From the NCBI GenBank assembly GCA_035276345.1, contig DATELR010000211.1:11991-75990 (forward strand): a stretch of 64,000 nucleotides of DNA, given 5' to 3'. The stretch comes from Streptosporangiaceae bacterium (GTDB lineage: Bacteria; Actinomycetota; Actinomycetes; Streptosporangiales; Streptosporangiaceae). Positions 9,647-18,276 of the stretch are shown here, one piece after another. The notes beneath the pieces are model-generated. The model was not told the DNA's origin, searched no databases, and worked only from the letters and a program-made list of their open reading frames with translations. Every line of letters starts with the position of its first letter. Within the stretch, counting starts at the first letter, position 1. The translations under genes and the position numbers were made by a program.

Positions 9647-9865
9647 GGAGGTCCCGTTTCCCTGCCGGATATTGTCTACTCTATTGATCTAGAATATAGA
9701 TATATTTTATCTTCTATTACCTATCGATTTCAAATGGAACTCATAAACCGGCATAGGCCGTCAACGAGTCAGGACTCGGTTCCTAATCGATGGATAGGGA
9801 CTTCAGGCAGCGCCGGCGCAAACGCCGGTGGCTCATGTGTACTCCCGGACGGTCGGTAAGCTTGA
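9647..9865. promoter_or_regulatory. AT-rich divergent intergenic region with nested inverted repeats and a GC hairpin
   Basis: By my count 9671-9730 holds 14 G/C in 60 nt. CCTATCGATT (9720-9729) pairs with AATCGATGGATAGG (9785-9798). GGAAC (9736-9740) pairs with GTTCC (9779-9783). Inner hairpins are CGGC-ATAG-GCCG and CGAGT-CAGG-ACTCG. An 8-bp hairpin lies at 9811-9830. Confidence 0.5.
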
Positions 9866-11839
9866 GTGATGCCTGTTCAGTCGGTCTACCCCCGGCTTGA
9901 GTCGCTGCTCCCCCTGGTTCGTAAACCTATTCAGTACGTCGGCGGGGAGCTTAACAGCGTCGTCAAGGACTGGGACGATGCTGCAGTCCGCTGGGCGCTC
10001 ATGTACCCCGATGCGTACGAGGTGGGCGTACCAAATCAGGGCATTCAAATTCTTTATGAGGTGCTGAACGAGCGCGAGGACGTGCTCGCCGAGCGCACCT
10101 ACTCGGTCTGGCCGGATCTCGAGGCACTGATGCGCGAGCATCAGATCCCCCAGTTCACCGTCGACGCGCACCGGCCGGTCCGGGCGTTCGACGTGCTCGG
10201 CGTCAGCTTCGCCACCGAGCTCGGCTACACGAACCTGCTGACCGCCCTGGACCTGGCACAGATCCCGCTCTGCGCTGCCGACCGCGGCGATGACGACCCG
10301 ATCGTGCTAGCCGGGGGGCACGCAGCCTTCAACCCCGAGCCCATCGCGGAGTTCCTCGACGGCGTCGTGCTGGGCGACGGCGAACAGGCGGTGCTTGCCA
10401 TCACCGACCTGATCAGGGACTGGAAGCAAGCGGGCAGGCCAGGCGGGCGAGACGAGCTGCTGCGGCGGATGGCCACCAGCGGTGGAGTTTATGTTCCGCC
10501 TTTTTATGACGTGAAGTACCTGCCCGACGGAACGATCGCGAGCGTGCTGCCAAACCGGCCTGGCATTCCTCGCGCGGTCGCCAAGCACACAGTCTCGGAC
10601 CTGGATGCGTGGCCGTACCCGAGCAAGCCGCTGGTACCGGTCGCCGAGTCGGTGCACGAGCGGTTCAGCGTTGAGATCTTCCGCGGCTGTACTAGAGGCT
10701 GTCGGTTCTGCCAGGCGGGCATGATCACCAGGCCGGTCCGTGAGCGGTCCATCGCGACGATCGGCGAGATGACCGAGGCAGGCCTCGCGAACAGCGGCTT
10801 CACCGAAGTCGGACTGCTGTCGCTCTCCAGCGCAGACCACAGCGAGATTAACGAGATCGCGACCGATCTCGCCGACCGCTACGAAGGCACCAACACCGGG
10901 CTGTCACTGCCGTCGACCAGGGTGGACGCGTTCAACGTGACGCTGGCCAACGAACTCAGCAGGAACGGGCGCCGTTCGGGCCTGACGTTCGCCCCTGAGG
11001 GCGGCACCGACCGGATCCGCAAGGTGATCAACAAGATGGTCACCGAAGATGACCTGATCTCCACCGTGACGACCGCATACGCGAACGGCTGGCGCCAGGT
11101 CAAGCTGTACTTCATGTGCGGCCTGCCGACCGAGACCGACGAAGACGTGCTCGCGATCGCCAGGGTGGCGCACCGTGTCATCGAGGCAGGGCGGAAGGCA
11201 ACCGGCCGCCGCGACATCAGGTGCACCGTCTCGATCGGCGGGTTCGTACCCAAACCGCACACGCCGTTCCAGTGGGCATCGCAGTGCGGCCACGAGACCG
11301 TCGACGCGCGGCTGAAGGCGCTTGGCGCGGCCATGCGCGCCGACCGGGGCTACGGCTCGTCGATCGGATTCCGCTACCACGACGGCCGGCCGTCGATCGT
11401 GGAGGGCCTGCTTTCGCGCGGTGACCGGCGGGTGGCCAAGGTGATCAGGGCTGTGTGGGAGGACGGCGGGAGGTTCGACGGCTGGAGCGAGTACTTCTCC
11501 TATGAGCGGTGGGAGGCCTGCGCGGCCCGCGCGCTCGCTGAGGATGCCGTCGACCTTGACTGGTACACCATCCGCGAGCGGGGCTACGGCGAGATCTTGC
11601 CCTGGGACCACCTGGACGCCGGGCTTGACCGGGACTGGCTCTGGCAAGACTGGCTGGCCGCCATCGATCCGGCGGGCGCAGCCGAGGTGGATGACTGCCG
11701 CTGGACTCCCTGCTTCGAGTGCGGGGTATGCCCGGCTATGGATACTGAAATCGAGGCCGGCCCGACGGGCGCGAGGCTGCTGCCGCTGACCGTGCTGAAC
11801 CGGACGCCTGAATCCGCGGGCCGGGGGAGTGGCGCCTGA
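9866..11839 (+). CDS. B12-binding-domain radical SAM protein (TIGR03960-like, function unknown)
   Basis: 657 aa. N-terminus is YPRLESLLPLVRKPIQYVGGELNSV... The radical SAM cluster motif is FRGCTRGCRFCQAG. It is followed by the DUF2344 partner and rne, the usual actinobacterial arrangement. Confidence 0.88.
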   Translation: MMPVQSVYPRLESLLPLVRKPIQYVGGELNSVVKDWDDAAVRWALMYPDAYEVGVPNQGIQILYEVLNEREDVLAERTYSVWPDLEALMREHQIPQFTVDAHRPVRAFDVLGVSFATELGYTNLLTALDLAQIPLCAADRGDDDPIVLAGGHAAFNPEPIAEFLDGVVLGDGEQAVLAITDLIRDWKQAGRPGGRDELLRRMATSGGVYVPPFYDVKYLPDGTIASVLPNRPGIPRAVAKHTVSDLDAWPYPSKPLVPVAESVHERFSVEIFRGCTRGCRFCQAGMITRPVRERSIATIGEMTEAGLANSGFTEVGLLSLSSADHSEINEIATDLADRYEGTNTGLSLPSTRVDAFNVTLANELSRNGRRSGLTFAPEGGTDRIRKVINKMVTEDDLISTVTTAYANGWRQVKLYFMCGLPTETDEDVLAIARVAHRVIEAGRKATGRRDIRCTVSIGGFVPKPHTPFQWASQCGHETVDARLKALGAAMRADRGYGSSIGFRYHDGRPSIVEGLLSRGDRRVAKVIRAVWEDGGRFDGWSEYFSYERWEACAARALAEDAVDLDWYTIRERGYGEILPWDHLDAGLDRDWLWQDWLAAIDPAGAAEVDDCRWTPCFECGVCPAMDTEIEAGPTGARLLPLTVLNRTPESAGRGSGA

Positions 11840-13029
11840 TGGCCAAGCAAGTACCGGCCGGGCCGCCACCAGCGCCAACGGTTCAGCGCCTGTCCATCAG
11901 GTACGCTAAACGCGGCAGGATGCGCTTCGCGAGCCACAGGGATGTAGCGCGCGCGATCGAGCGGGGAGTGCGCAAGGCTGGCCTGCCGGTCGCCTACTCC
12001 GCAGGGTTTTCACCGCATCCGAGGATTTCGTATTCGGGCGGGGCTCCGACGGGCGCAGCGAGCGAGGCTGAGTACCTCGAGCTTGCTGTGACAAGCCAAT
12101 GTGAGCCGGACGACGTCGGTCGGCGGCTTGGCGCGGCGCTGCCGGACGGGATAGACGTGATCGAGGTAGTCGAGGCAGCCGGCAAGTCCGGCGAGGCACA
12201 GCTGGAGGCCTCCGAGTGGGAGGTCATCCTGCCCGGCATTCCAGCTGGCGCCGCCGCCGCGGCTGTGCGGAAGTTCCTTGCTTCGCCGAGCGTTGAAGTA
12301 GAGCGTTTGACGAACAAGGGAACGCGGAAGCTGGACGCGCGAGCGGCGGTGCTGAGCCTGGTCATGACGACCGGAGCCGATGCCGATGGCGCCGTGAGTG
12401 CTCGGCAAGACGCTGCTAGGCGAGCCCAAATGGAGCCTGCCCCCGGATGTGCGATACTTCGAATGATTGTTCGGCAGCTGACACCTGCCGTACGACCAGA
12501 TGACATCCTGGCCGCGCTCCGCCAGCTGTCGGCGCTTGCGCCTGCGTCTCCCCCGCTGGTGACCAGGCTCTGGCAAGGGCCGCTCAGCGCGCTGACCGCG
12601 GCTCAGATAGGAGCTAAGCCGGGGATGACCGCTGCCTGCGACGTCGCCGGGCCAGGAATGCCCGGCCAGCCTTCAGCAGGCACGGCTCCATCGGCAGCCC
12701 CGAGCGCTGGCACACCCAATGCCGCGTCGCCCCCGCAGACGGCGGCGCCCGCCAGCGCGCTTACAGAAAGCTTGCCCGAACCGAGGCCAGAGCGGCCGGA
12801 GCCGGTTCCGTGGCACGAAGAACACCTGCCAAGAAGCACAACAGACAAGGCAATGCAGTTGGAGGCGGAGAGCGCCGGGTCGGCGCCAGCCAACCAGCTG
12901 CGTGCGAACGAACAGCTCCTGCGCGGCACGCTGGACCAGCCCGCTGGCCTGCGCGCCCGGGAGCCCTACGGAAGAGATCGCCCGGATGCTCGAAATCGAG
13001 CCAACAAATCGACAGTCAGAATCCAATGA
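11839..13029 (+). CDS. Radical-SAM-associated protein (TIGR03936 / DUF2344) with a Pro/Ala-rich C-terminal tail
   Basis: The start overlaps the upstream stop. The N-terminal ~235 aa carry RLSIRYAKRGRMRFASHRDVARAIERGVRKAGLPVAYSAGFSPHPRISY. The tail has moderate GC3, and its 3' end overlaps the likely rne start. Confidence 0.8.
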   Translation: MAKQVPAGPPPAPTVQRLSIRYAKRGRMRFASHRDVARAIERGVRKAGLPVAYSAGFSPHPRISYSGGAPTGAASEAEYLELAVTSQCEPDDVGRRLGAALPDGIDVIEVVEAAGKSGEAQLEASEWEVILPGIPAGAAAAAVRKFLASPSVEVERLTNKGTRKLDARAAVLSLVMTTGADADGAVSARQDAARRAQMEPAPGCAILRMIVRQLTPAVRPDDILAALRQLSALAPASPPLVTRLWQGPLSALTAAQIGAKPGMTAACDVAGPGMPGQPSAGTAPSAAPSAGTPNAASPPQTAAPASALTESLPEPRPERPEPVPWHEEHLPRSTTDKAMQLEAESAGSAPANQLRANEQLLRGTLDQPAGLRAREPYGRDRPDARNRANKSTVRIQ

Positions 13030-15886
13030 GACAGCGGAGAGCGCTGCTCAGAACCAGACTGCCCAGAGCCAGTCGGGTCAGGCGGCCAGCGAAGGCGGGC
13101 AGCGGCGTGGACTGCTGCGCAGGGCCCGGCGGAGCGTAAGCAAACCCGCCACGGCGCCCGCATTCAGCTCAGGCTCGCAAGAAGCCGAAGCGGGCCAGGA
13201 AGCGGCGAGCCAGCCCAGATCGGGACGGAGCTCGAATCCCGCCAGCGGAGCCGTCCCCGCCGTGCCCGGCGTGACCGTGGGACAGTCATCTCAGCAGCAG
13301 TCAGGGCGGAGCGGTGCCAGCGGGTCGCAGCCGGTCCCTGCCGCGGCGTTCCAGCCGCCGGTGCTCGTGTTCCAGCCGCCTGACATAGCCAGCAAGCCGG
13401 CCGAATCGGGTCAGGCCAAGCAAGAAGACGGCGAAGAAGGTGGCGCGGGCGCGAGCCACTCGCGCAGGCGCCGGCGTGGCGGTCGCGGGCGCGGCAAGGG
13501 CGGCTCCAGCGACTCCGCTAGCCAGTCGGGCGGCGACGACACCGACAGCGCCGATGGCGCCGCTGAGACCGGAAACGCGCAGGCATCAGACAAGCAAAAG
13601 CAGGCCGCTGCCGACGGTGACGCGAAGGGCGCCGAACGGGCGCCGAAAGGTGATGACAGCGGGACCGCGGAGGAAACCAGCGAAGGCAGTTCATCGAGCC
13701 GCCGCCGCAGGCGCCGCCGGCAGCGCAGCGGTGCGGTCGATGCTGGCGGCGAGGTTCCGGCCGATGACCCAGCGGACACGGTCGTCCACGTCCGCGAGCC
13801 GCGCGCGGCGTCCGAGTCGGACGACGTCCGCGCCGTGAAGGGTTCTACCAGGCTCGAGGCCAAGCGGCAGCGCAGGCGCGAGGGACGCGACACAGGCAGG
13901 CGACGCCCGCCGATCATCACCGAATCGGAGTTCCTGGCCAGGCGCGAGGCCGTCGAGCGGGTTATGGCCGTTCGCCAGCAGGGCGACCGGACGCAGATTG
14001 CCGTGCTTGAGGATGGCGTCCTGGTCGAGCATTACGTGGACAGGGCAAGCCACCAGTCCTATGTGGGGAACGTCTACCTCGGCAAGGTGCAGAACGTGCT
14101 GCCCTCGATGGAGGCGGCGTTCGTTGACATCGGCAAGGGCCGCAATGCCGTCCTGTACGCGGGAGAGGTCAATTTCGACGCGAGCGGACTCGAGGGCGTC
14201 GCGAAGCGGATCGAGTCGGCTCTCAAGTCCGGCCAGTCGATCATGGTGCAGGTCACTAAGGATCCGATCGGTCACAAGGGGGCGCGGCTCACCAGCCAGA
14301 TCAGCTTGCCTGGCAGGTACCTGGTGTATGTGCCCGGCGCCTCCATGACCGGGATCAGCAGGAAGCTGCCCGACACTGAGCGGAACCGGCTCAAGCAGAT
14401 TCTCAAGAAGGTCGCCCCGGAAGAGGGCGGGATCATCGTGAGGACAGCCGCCGAGGGCGCCTCCGAGGAGGAGCTGCAGCACGACGTGACGCGGCTGGTC
14501 GCCCAGTGGCAAGCGATCGAGCGCAAGGCTAAGACCGCTAGTGCCCCTGACATGCTGTACGGCGAGCCTGACCTTACGATCCGCGTCGTCAGGGACATCT
14601 TCAACGAAGACTTCACCAAGCTCGTCATCGCCAGTGACAGCGAGTGGGACCTGGTCGACGAGTACGTCAGGTACGTGGCACCGAATCTTGCGGAACGGCT
14701 AGATCGCTGGGCCGACGACAAAGATCTGTTCACTGCCTATCGCATTGACGAGCAGCTCACTAAGGCGCTCGACCGCAAGGTCTGGCTGCCGAGCGGCGGC
14801 TCGCTGGTCATCGACACGACCGAGGCGATGACCGTCATCGACGTGAACACCGGCAAGTTCACCGGCCAGGGCGGCAACCTCGAGCAGACGGTGACCAGGA
14901 ACAACCTTGAAGCCGCCGAGGAGATCGTCCGCCAGCTGCGACTGCGCGACATCGGCGGCATCATCGTCATCGATTTCATCGACATGGTGCTCGAGAGCAA
15001 CAGGGACCTGGTGCTGCGCCGGCTGATCGAATGCCTGGCTCGCGACCGTACAAAGCATCAGGTGGCCGAGGTGACCTCGCTCGGCCTGGTCCAGATGACC
15101 AGGAAGCGGGTCGGGTCAGGGCTCCTCGCTGCGTTCTCCGTGCCGTGCGAGCACTGCAACGGCCGGGGGATCCTGGTTTCCACGGATCTCACCGAACTGC
15201 CGCATTCACACGGCCGCAACGGCAACCAGGGCGGAACCCCGAAGCCCGGACCTGCCAGGTCCAGGTCAGCTAGGAGCAAGGCAATCGCCCAGGTCGCCGC
15301 GAAGACGATCGAGCCAGAGGCGGACGCCGATGGCGAGGCGGCCGAGAAGCCAGCCAAGAAGGCAAGCTCAGGCGCTCGCAAGGCGAGCGCGGCCAACGGC
15401 GCGGATTCGGCGGTCACCCCCGACGACGCAGCCTCGTCGGATGACGCGGCGACCTCGACTGATGCTCCCGGCGCCAGCGACGGCGAAGCAGCCGCGAGCA
15501 CGGCACAGCCTGCGCCTCGCAGGCGCCCGCGTCGCTCGGCTCATCGCGAGGCAGGACCGCCCGACTCAGTGCGCGCTGCGCAGGACGCCGAGGCTGCAGC
15601 TGAAGGAGACGCGGCCGCGACGGACGCCCAGCCGCACGCCGCAGCGGACGGATCTCCGGCCGCGGTTAGCTCGCCAGACGCGGATGCGCCAGGGCCCGCG
15701 AACGGGGATGGACAAGCGGCGTCGCAGCCTGCGCCACCGGCCGAGGACGCGGAAGCAGCGGCGGCTGATTCCGGAGCCCCCGCTGGCGCTGAGCCAGGTC
15801 GTGACGGTCAGCGCCCGGGGGAGAAGCCGGGTACCGAGGCCGACGCTGAACGGCGCGAGGCACCGCAATCGGCTCCGAGCGAATGA
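12986..15886 (+). CDS. rne: Ribonuclease E/G family endoribonuclease (RNase E)
   Basis: ATG 12986 follows GGAAGAG. Disordered Arg/acid-rich N- and C-terminal arms flank an S1 domain (GNVYLGKVQNVLPSMEAAFVDIGKGRNAVLYAGEV), a catalytic core (VIDTTEAMTVIDVNTGKF) and a Zn-link (CEHCNGRG). The start is uncertain, because the in-frame ORF opens at 12719. Confidence 0.9.
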   Translation: MLEIEPTNRQSESNETAESAAQNQTAQSQSGQAASEGGQRRGLLRRARRSVSKPATAPAFSSGSQEAEAGQEAASQPRSGRSSNPASGAVPAVPGVTVGQSSQQQSGRSGASGSQPVPAAAFQPPVLVFQPPDIASKPAESGQAKQEDGEEGGAGASHSRRRRRGGRGRGKGGSSDSASQSGGDDTDSADGAAETGNAQASDKQKQAAADGDAKGAERAPKGDDSGTAEETSEGSSSSRRRRRRRQRSGAVDAGGEVPADDPADTVVHVREPRAASESDDVRAVKGSTRLEAKRQRRREGRDTGRRRPPIITESEFLARREAVERVMAVRQQGDRTQIAVLEDGVLVEHYVDRASHQSYVGNVYLGKVQNVLPSMEAAFVDIGKGRNAVLYAGEVNFDASGLEGVAKRIESALKSGQSIMVQVTKDPIGHKGARLTSQISLPGRYLVYVPGASMTGISRKLPDTERNRLKQILKKVAPEEGGIIVRTAAEGASEEELQHDVTRLVAQWQAIERKAKTASAPDMLYGEPDLTIRVVRDIFNEDFTKLVIASDSEWDLVDEYVRYVAPNLAERLDRWADDKDLFTAYRIDEQLTKALDRKVWLPSGGSLVIDTTEAMTVIDVNTGKFTGQGGNLEQTVTRNNLEAAEEIVRQLRLRDIGGIIVIDFIDMVLESNRDLVLRRLIECLARDRTKHQVAEVTSLGLVQMTRKRVGSGLLAAFSVPCEHCNGRGILVSTDLTELPHSHGRNGNQGGTPKPGPARSRSARSKAIAQVAAKTIEPEADADGEAAEKPAKKASSGARKASAANGADSAVTPDDAASSDDAATSTDAPGASDGEAAASTAQPAPRRRPRRSAHREAGPPDSVRAAQDAEAAAEGDAAATDAQPHAAADGSPAAVSSPDADAPGPANGDGQAASQPAPPAEDAEAAAADSGAPAGAEPGRDGQRPGEKPGTEADAERREAPQSAPSE

Positions 15887-16022
15887 GGCCGTCTGGTCTG
15901 ATATTCTTTGTGGTCGGCGTGTTCTGGCTGGGACGCGCACTGTCGGCGGGCCCGGTCGCCTCGACATTCGGACGAGGTCGCGTTAACGCGGCGGGCTGAC
16001 CCCAGGGAGAGAGAGTTCAGTC

Positions 16023-16373
16023 GTGTACGCGATCGTCCGCTGCGGCGGGAAGCAGAGCAGAGCCTCCGTTGACGACGTCCTCACAGTGGACAAGCTCGCG
16101 GGTGAGGTCGGTTCCACCGTGACGCTGCCTGCGGTGCTCATCGTCGACGGCAAGAAGGTGATCACCGACAGCGCCGAACTTGGCAGCTACCAGGTCACCG
16201 CCGAGATCCTCGGCCCGGTCAGCGGCCCGAAGATCAGCATGATCCACTACAAGAACAAGACCGGCTACCGCCGTCGCCAGGGTCATCGCCAGAAGTACAC
16301 GCAGGTGAAAATCACCGGCATTGGTACCGGCAAGGCCAGTTCGGCCAAGGCGAGCACCGCCAAGAAGGCCTGA
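16023..16373 (+). CDS. rplU: 50S ribosomal protein L21
   Basis: GTG start. Sequence is [25 protein letters not shown]...[26 protein letters not shown]. Confidence 0.95.
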   Translation: MYAIVRCGGKQSRASVDDVLTVDKLAGEVGSTVTLPAVLIVDGKKVITDSAELGSYQVTAEILGPVSGPKISMIHYKNKTGYRRRQGHRQKYTQVKITGIGTGKASSAKASTAKKA

Positions 16374-16387
16374 GAGGTAACGCTGAA

Positions 16388-16666
16388 ATGGCACACAAGA
16401 AGGGCGCCTCGTCCAGCAGGAACGGACGTGACTCGCACGCCCAGCGCCTTGGCGTGAAGCGGTTCGGCGGGCAGGTCGTCAATGCCGGCGAAATCCTGGT
16501 CCGCCAGCGCGGGACCCACTTCCACCCCGGGATCGGCGTCGGCCGCGGCGGAGACGACACTCTGTTCGCGCTCGTCTCAGGCCGGGTCGAGTTCGGGTCC
16601 AGGCGCGGCCGCCGCGCGGTCAGCGTGATTCCGGTCGCCGAGACCGCGACTGCCGAGGCCAGCTAG
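16388..16666 (+). CDS. rpmA: 50S ribosomal protein L27
   Basis: Sequence is [48 protein letters not shown]. Confidence 0.96.
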   Translation: MAHKKGASSSRNGRDSHAQRLGVKRFGGQVVNAGEILVRQRGTHFHPGIGVGRGGDDTLFALVSGRVEFGSRRGRRAVSVIPVAETATAEAS

Positions 16667-16677
16667 CCGCGATCGGC

Positions 16678-16704
16678 CGCGGGTCCGGAACCTGCCGGAC
16701 CGCG
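16678..16704 (+). terminator. GC-rich hairpin between rpmA and obg (possible attenuator or terminator, no U-tract)
   Basis: CGCGG(G)TCCGG, loop AACCTG, then CCGGACCGCG. This gives a 10-bp stem with one bulged G, starting 12 nt after the rpmA stop. Confidence 0.3.
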
Positions 16705-16762
16705 AGTACGCCCGTTCCTGCGTGACGGTCAGGCGGTGTGGCCGTTCTCAAAGGGGGACATC

Positions 16763-18127
16763 GTGGCGGAGTTTGCCGACCGGGCTGACATCCGGGTCCA
16801 GGCGGGAAGCGGCGGCCACGGCTGCGCCTCGATCCACAGGGAGAAGTTCAAGCCGCTCGGCGGGCCTGACGGAGGTAACGGCGGACGTGGCGGCGACGTC
16901 ATATTCCGCGTCGATTCAAGTACCGCAACGCTGCTGGACTTCCACCGGCGCCCGCTGCGGAAGGCAGGGAACGGCAAGCCTGGCGCCGGCTCGCATCGCA
17001 GCGGCGCGGACGGTGCGGACCTGATCGTCAGCGTGCCTGACGGTACGGTCGTCAAGAGCGTCGGCGGCGAGTTCCTGGCTGACCTGATCGGCACCGGGAC
17101 CGAGTTCATCGCGGCTCAGGGCGGGCATGGCGGGCTGGGCAACGCGGCGCTCGCTTCCACTAAACGCAAGGCGCCAGGGTTCGCGCTGCGTGGCGAGCCA
17201 GGAGCGCAGAAGGACTTGACGCTCGAACTGAAGACCATCGCGGATGCCGGGTTTGTCGGCTTCCCGAACGCAGGAAAGTCCTCGCTCATAGCAGCGATGT
17301 CGGCGGCGCGCCCGAAGATCGCCAACTACCCGTTCACCACCCTGACCCCGCATCTGGGCGTCATCGAAGCAGGAGATACCCAGTTCGTAGCTGCCGACGT
17401 GCCCGGCCTGATTCCGGGTGCCAGCCGAGGCAAGGGCCTTGGGCTGGAGTTCCTCAGGCACGTCGAGCGCTGCTCGGTACTTGTCCACGTCATTGACTGC
17501 GCCACGCAGGAGCCCGGCCGCGACCCAGTAACCGACCTCGACGTGATCGAGGCCGAACTCACGGCCTATGACGAGCTGACCGACGCCGGGCTGGCCGAGC
17601 GGCCGCGGATCGTGGTGCTGAACAAAATCGACGTTCCTGAGGCACGCGACCTGGCGGAGATCGTCATGCCTGACGTTCGTGCGAGGAACTCGGAGGTCTA
17701 TCAGGTCTCAGCTGCTTCCGGCGAGGGCCTGCGCGAGCTTGCGTTCGCGCTAGCAGCGATCGTCGCTGAGGCGCGCCAGGCAGCACCGCAGGCCCTGCCG
17801 ACCAGGCTCGTGATCCGGCCTGAGCCGGTGGCCGGCCCGGACTTCGAGCTGGTCAAGATAGGTGACAACGCATTCCGGATCCGCGGCGATAAACCGCGCA
17901 GGTGGATCCTGCAGACCGATTTCAGCAACGACGAAGCGGTCGGGTACCTCGCAGACAGGCTCGCCAAGCTGGGGGTCGAAGAAGCTCTCGCCGACGCCGG
18001 AGCCGGGCCAGGCGCCGAGGTCCTGATCGGCGAAGAGAACAATTCGGTGGTATTTGACTGGGACCCGAAACAGCGCAACGAGGCTGGATTCGGCCCACGC
18101 GGCACCGATCCCCGTCTCGAAAGCTGA
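16763..18127 (+). CDS. obg: GTPase Obg/CgtA
   Basis: GTG 16763 follows AAGGGGGA. Has the Obg fold ([43 protein letters not shown]) and the G1 motif GFPNAGKSS. The ORF-track start at 16736 is 9 codons upstream. Confidence 0.93.
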   Translation: MAEFADRADIRVQAGSGGHGCASIHREKFKPLGGPDGGNGGRGGDVIFRVDSSTATLLDFHRRPLRKAGNGKPGAGSHRSGADGADLIVSVPDGTVVKSVGGEFLADLIGTGTEFIAAQGGHGGLGNAALASTKRKAPGFALRGEPGAQKDLTLELKTIADAGFVGFPNAGKSSLIAAMSAARPKIANYPFTTLTPHLGVIEAGDTQFVAADVPGLIPGASRGKGLGLEFLRHVERCSVLVHVIDCATQEPGRDPVTDLDVIEAELTAYDELTDAGLAERPRIVVLNKIDVPEARDLAEIVMPDVRARNSEVYQVSAASGEGLRELAFALAAIVAEARQAAPQALPTRLVIRPEPVAGPDFELVKIGDNAFRIRGDKPRRWILQTDFSNDEAVGYLADRLAKLGVEEALADAGAGPGAEVLIGEENNSVVFDWDPKQRNEAGFGPRGTDPRLES

Positions 18128-18276
18128 CTAGACGCGGGCACAATCACGGGACAAGCCGCGTTCTCATATGAGCCCGATGCCCTGCATTGACCAGGGATAT
18201 TGCCGACGGCAGCGAGGGCAGTTGCCGCCGAGCGACTAAACTGTATGGGCACTTTTCACGGCGAAGGGATACGCGC

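Noticed and set aside
9731-9859. 43-aa ORF (MELINRHRPSTSQDSVPNRWIGTSGSAGANAGGSCVLPDGR) ending 7 nt before the radical-SAM gene, considered as a possible RiPP-type precursor.
   Set aside because: GC3 is about 50% and there is no SD. It coincides with the inverted-repeat element. The downstream radical-SAM enzyme belongs to the housekeeping rne-linked type rather than a peptide-maturase type.
12719-12985. In-frame upstream extension of rne (MPRRPRRRRRPPARLQ...).
   Set aside because: The extension lies wholly inside the DUF2344 tail frame and has no SD. The ATG at 12986 has a good SD and an MLE... start that looks typical to me. The start remains uncertain.
18128-18276. Searched the helD upstream region for a rifamycin-associated element or other long GC-rich palindrome.
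   Set aside because: I saw only short inverted repeats (ACGCGG...CCGCGT; CGGCA-N10-TGCCG). I do not remember the RAE consensus well enough to call or exclude it, so I left it as a suggested check.
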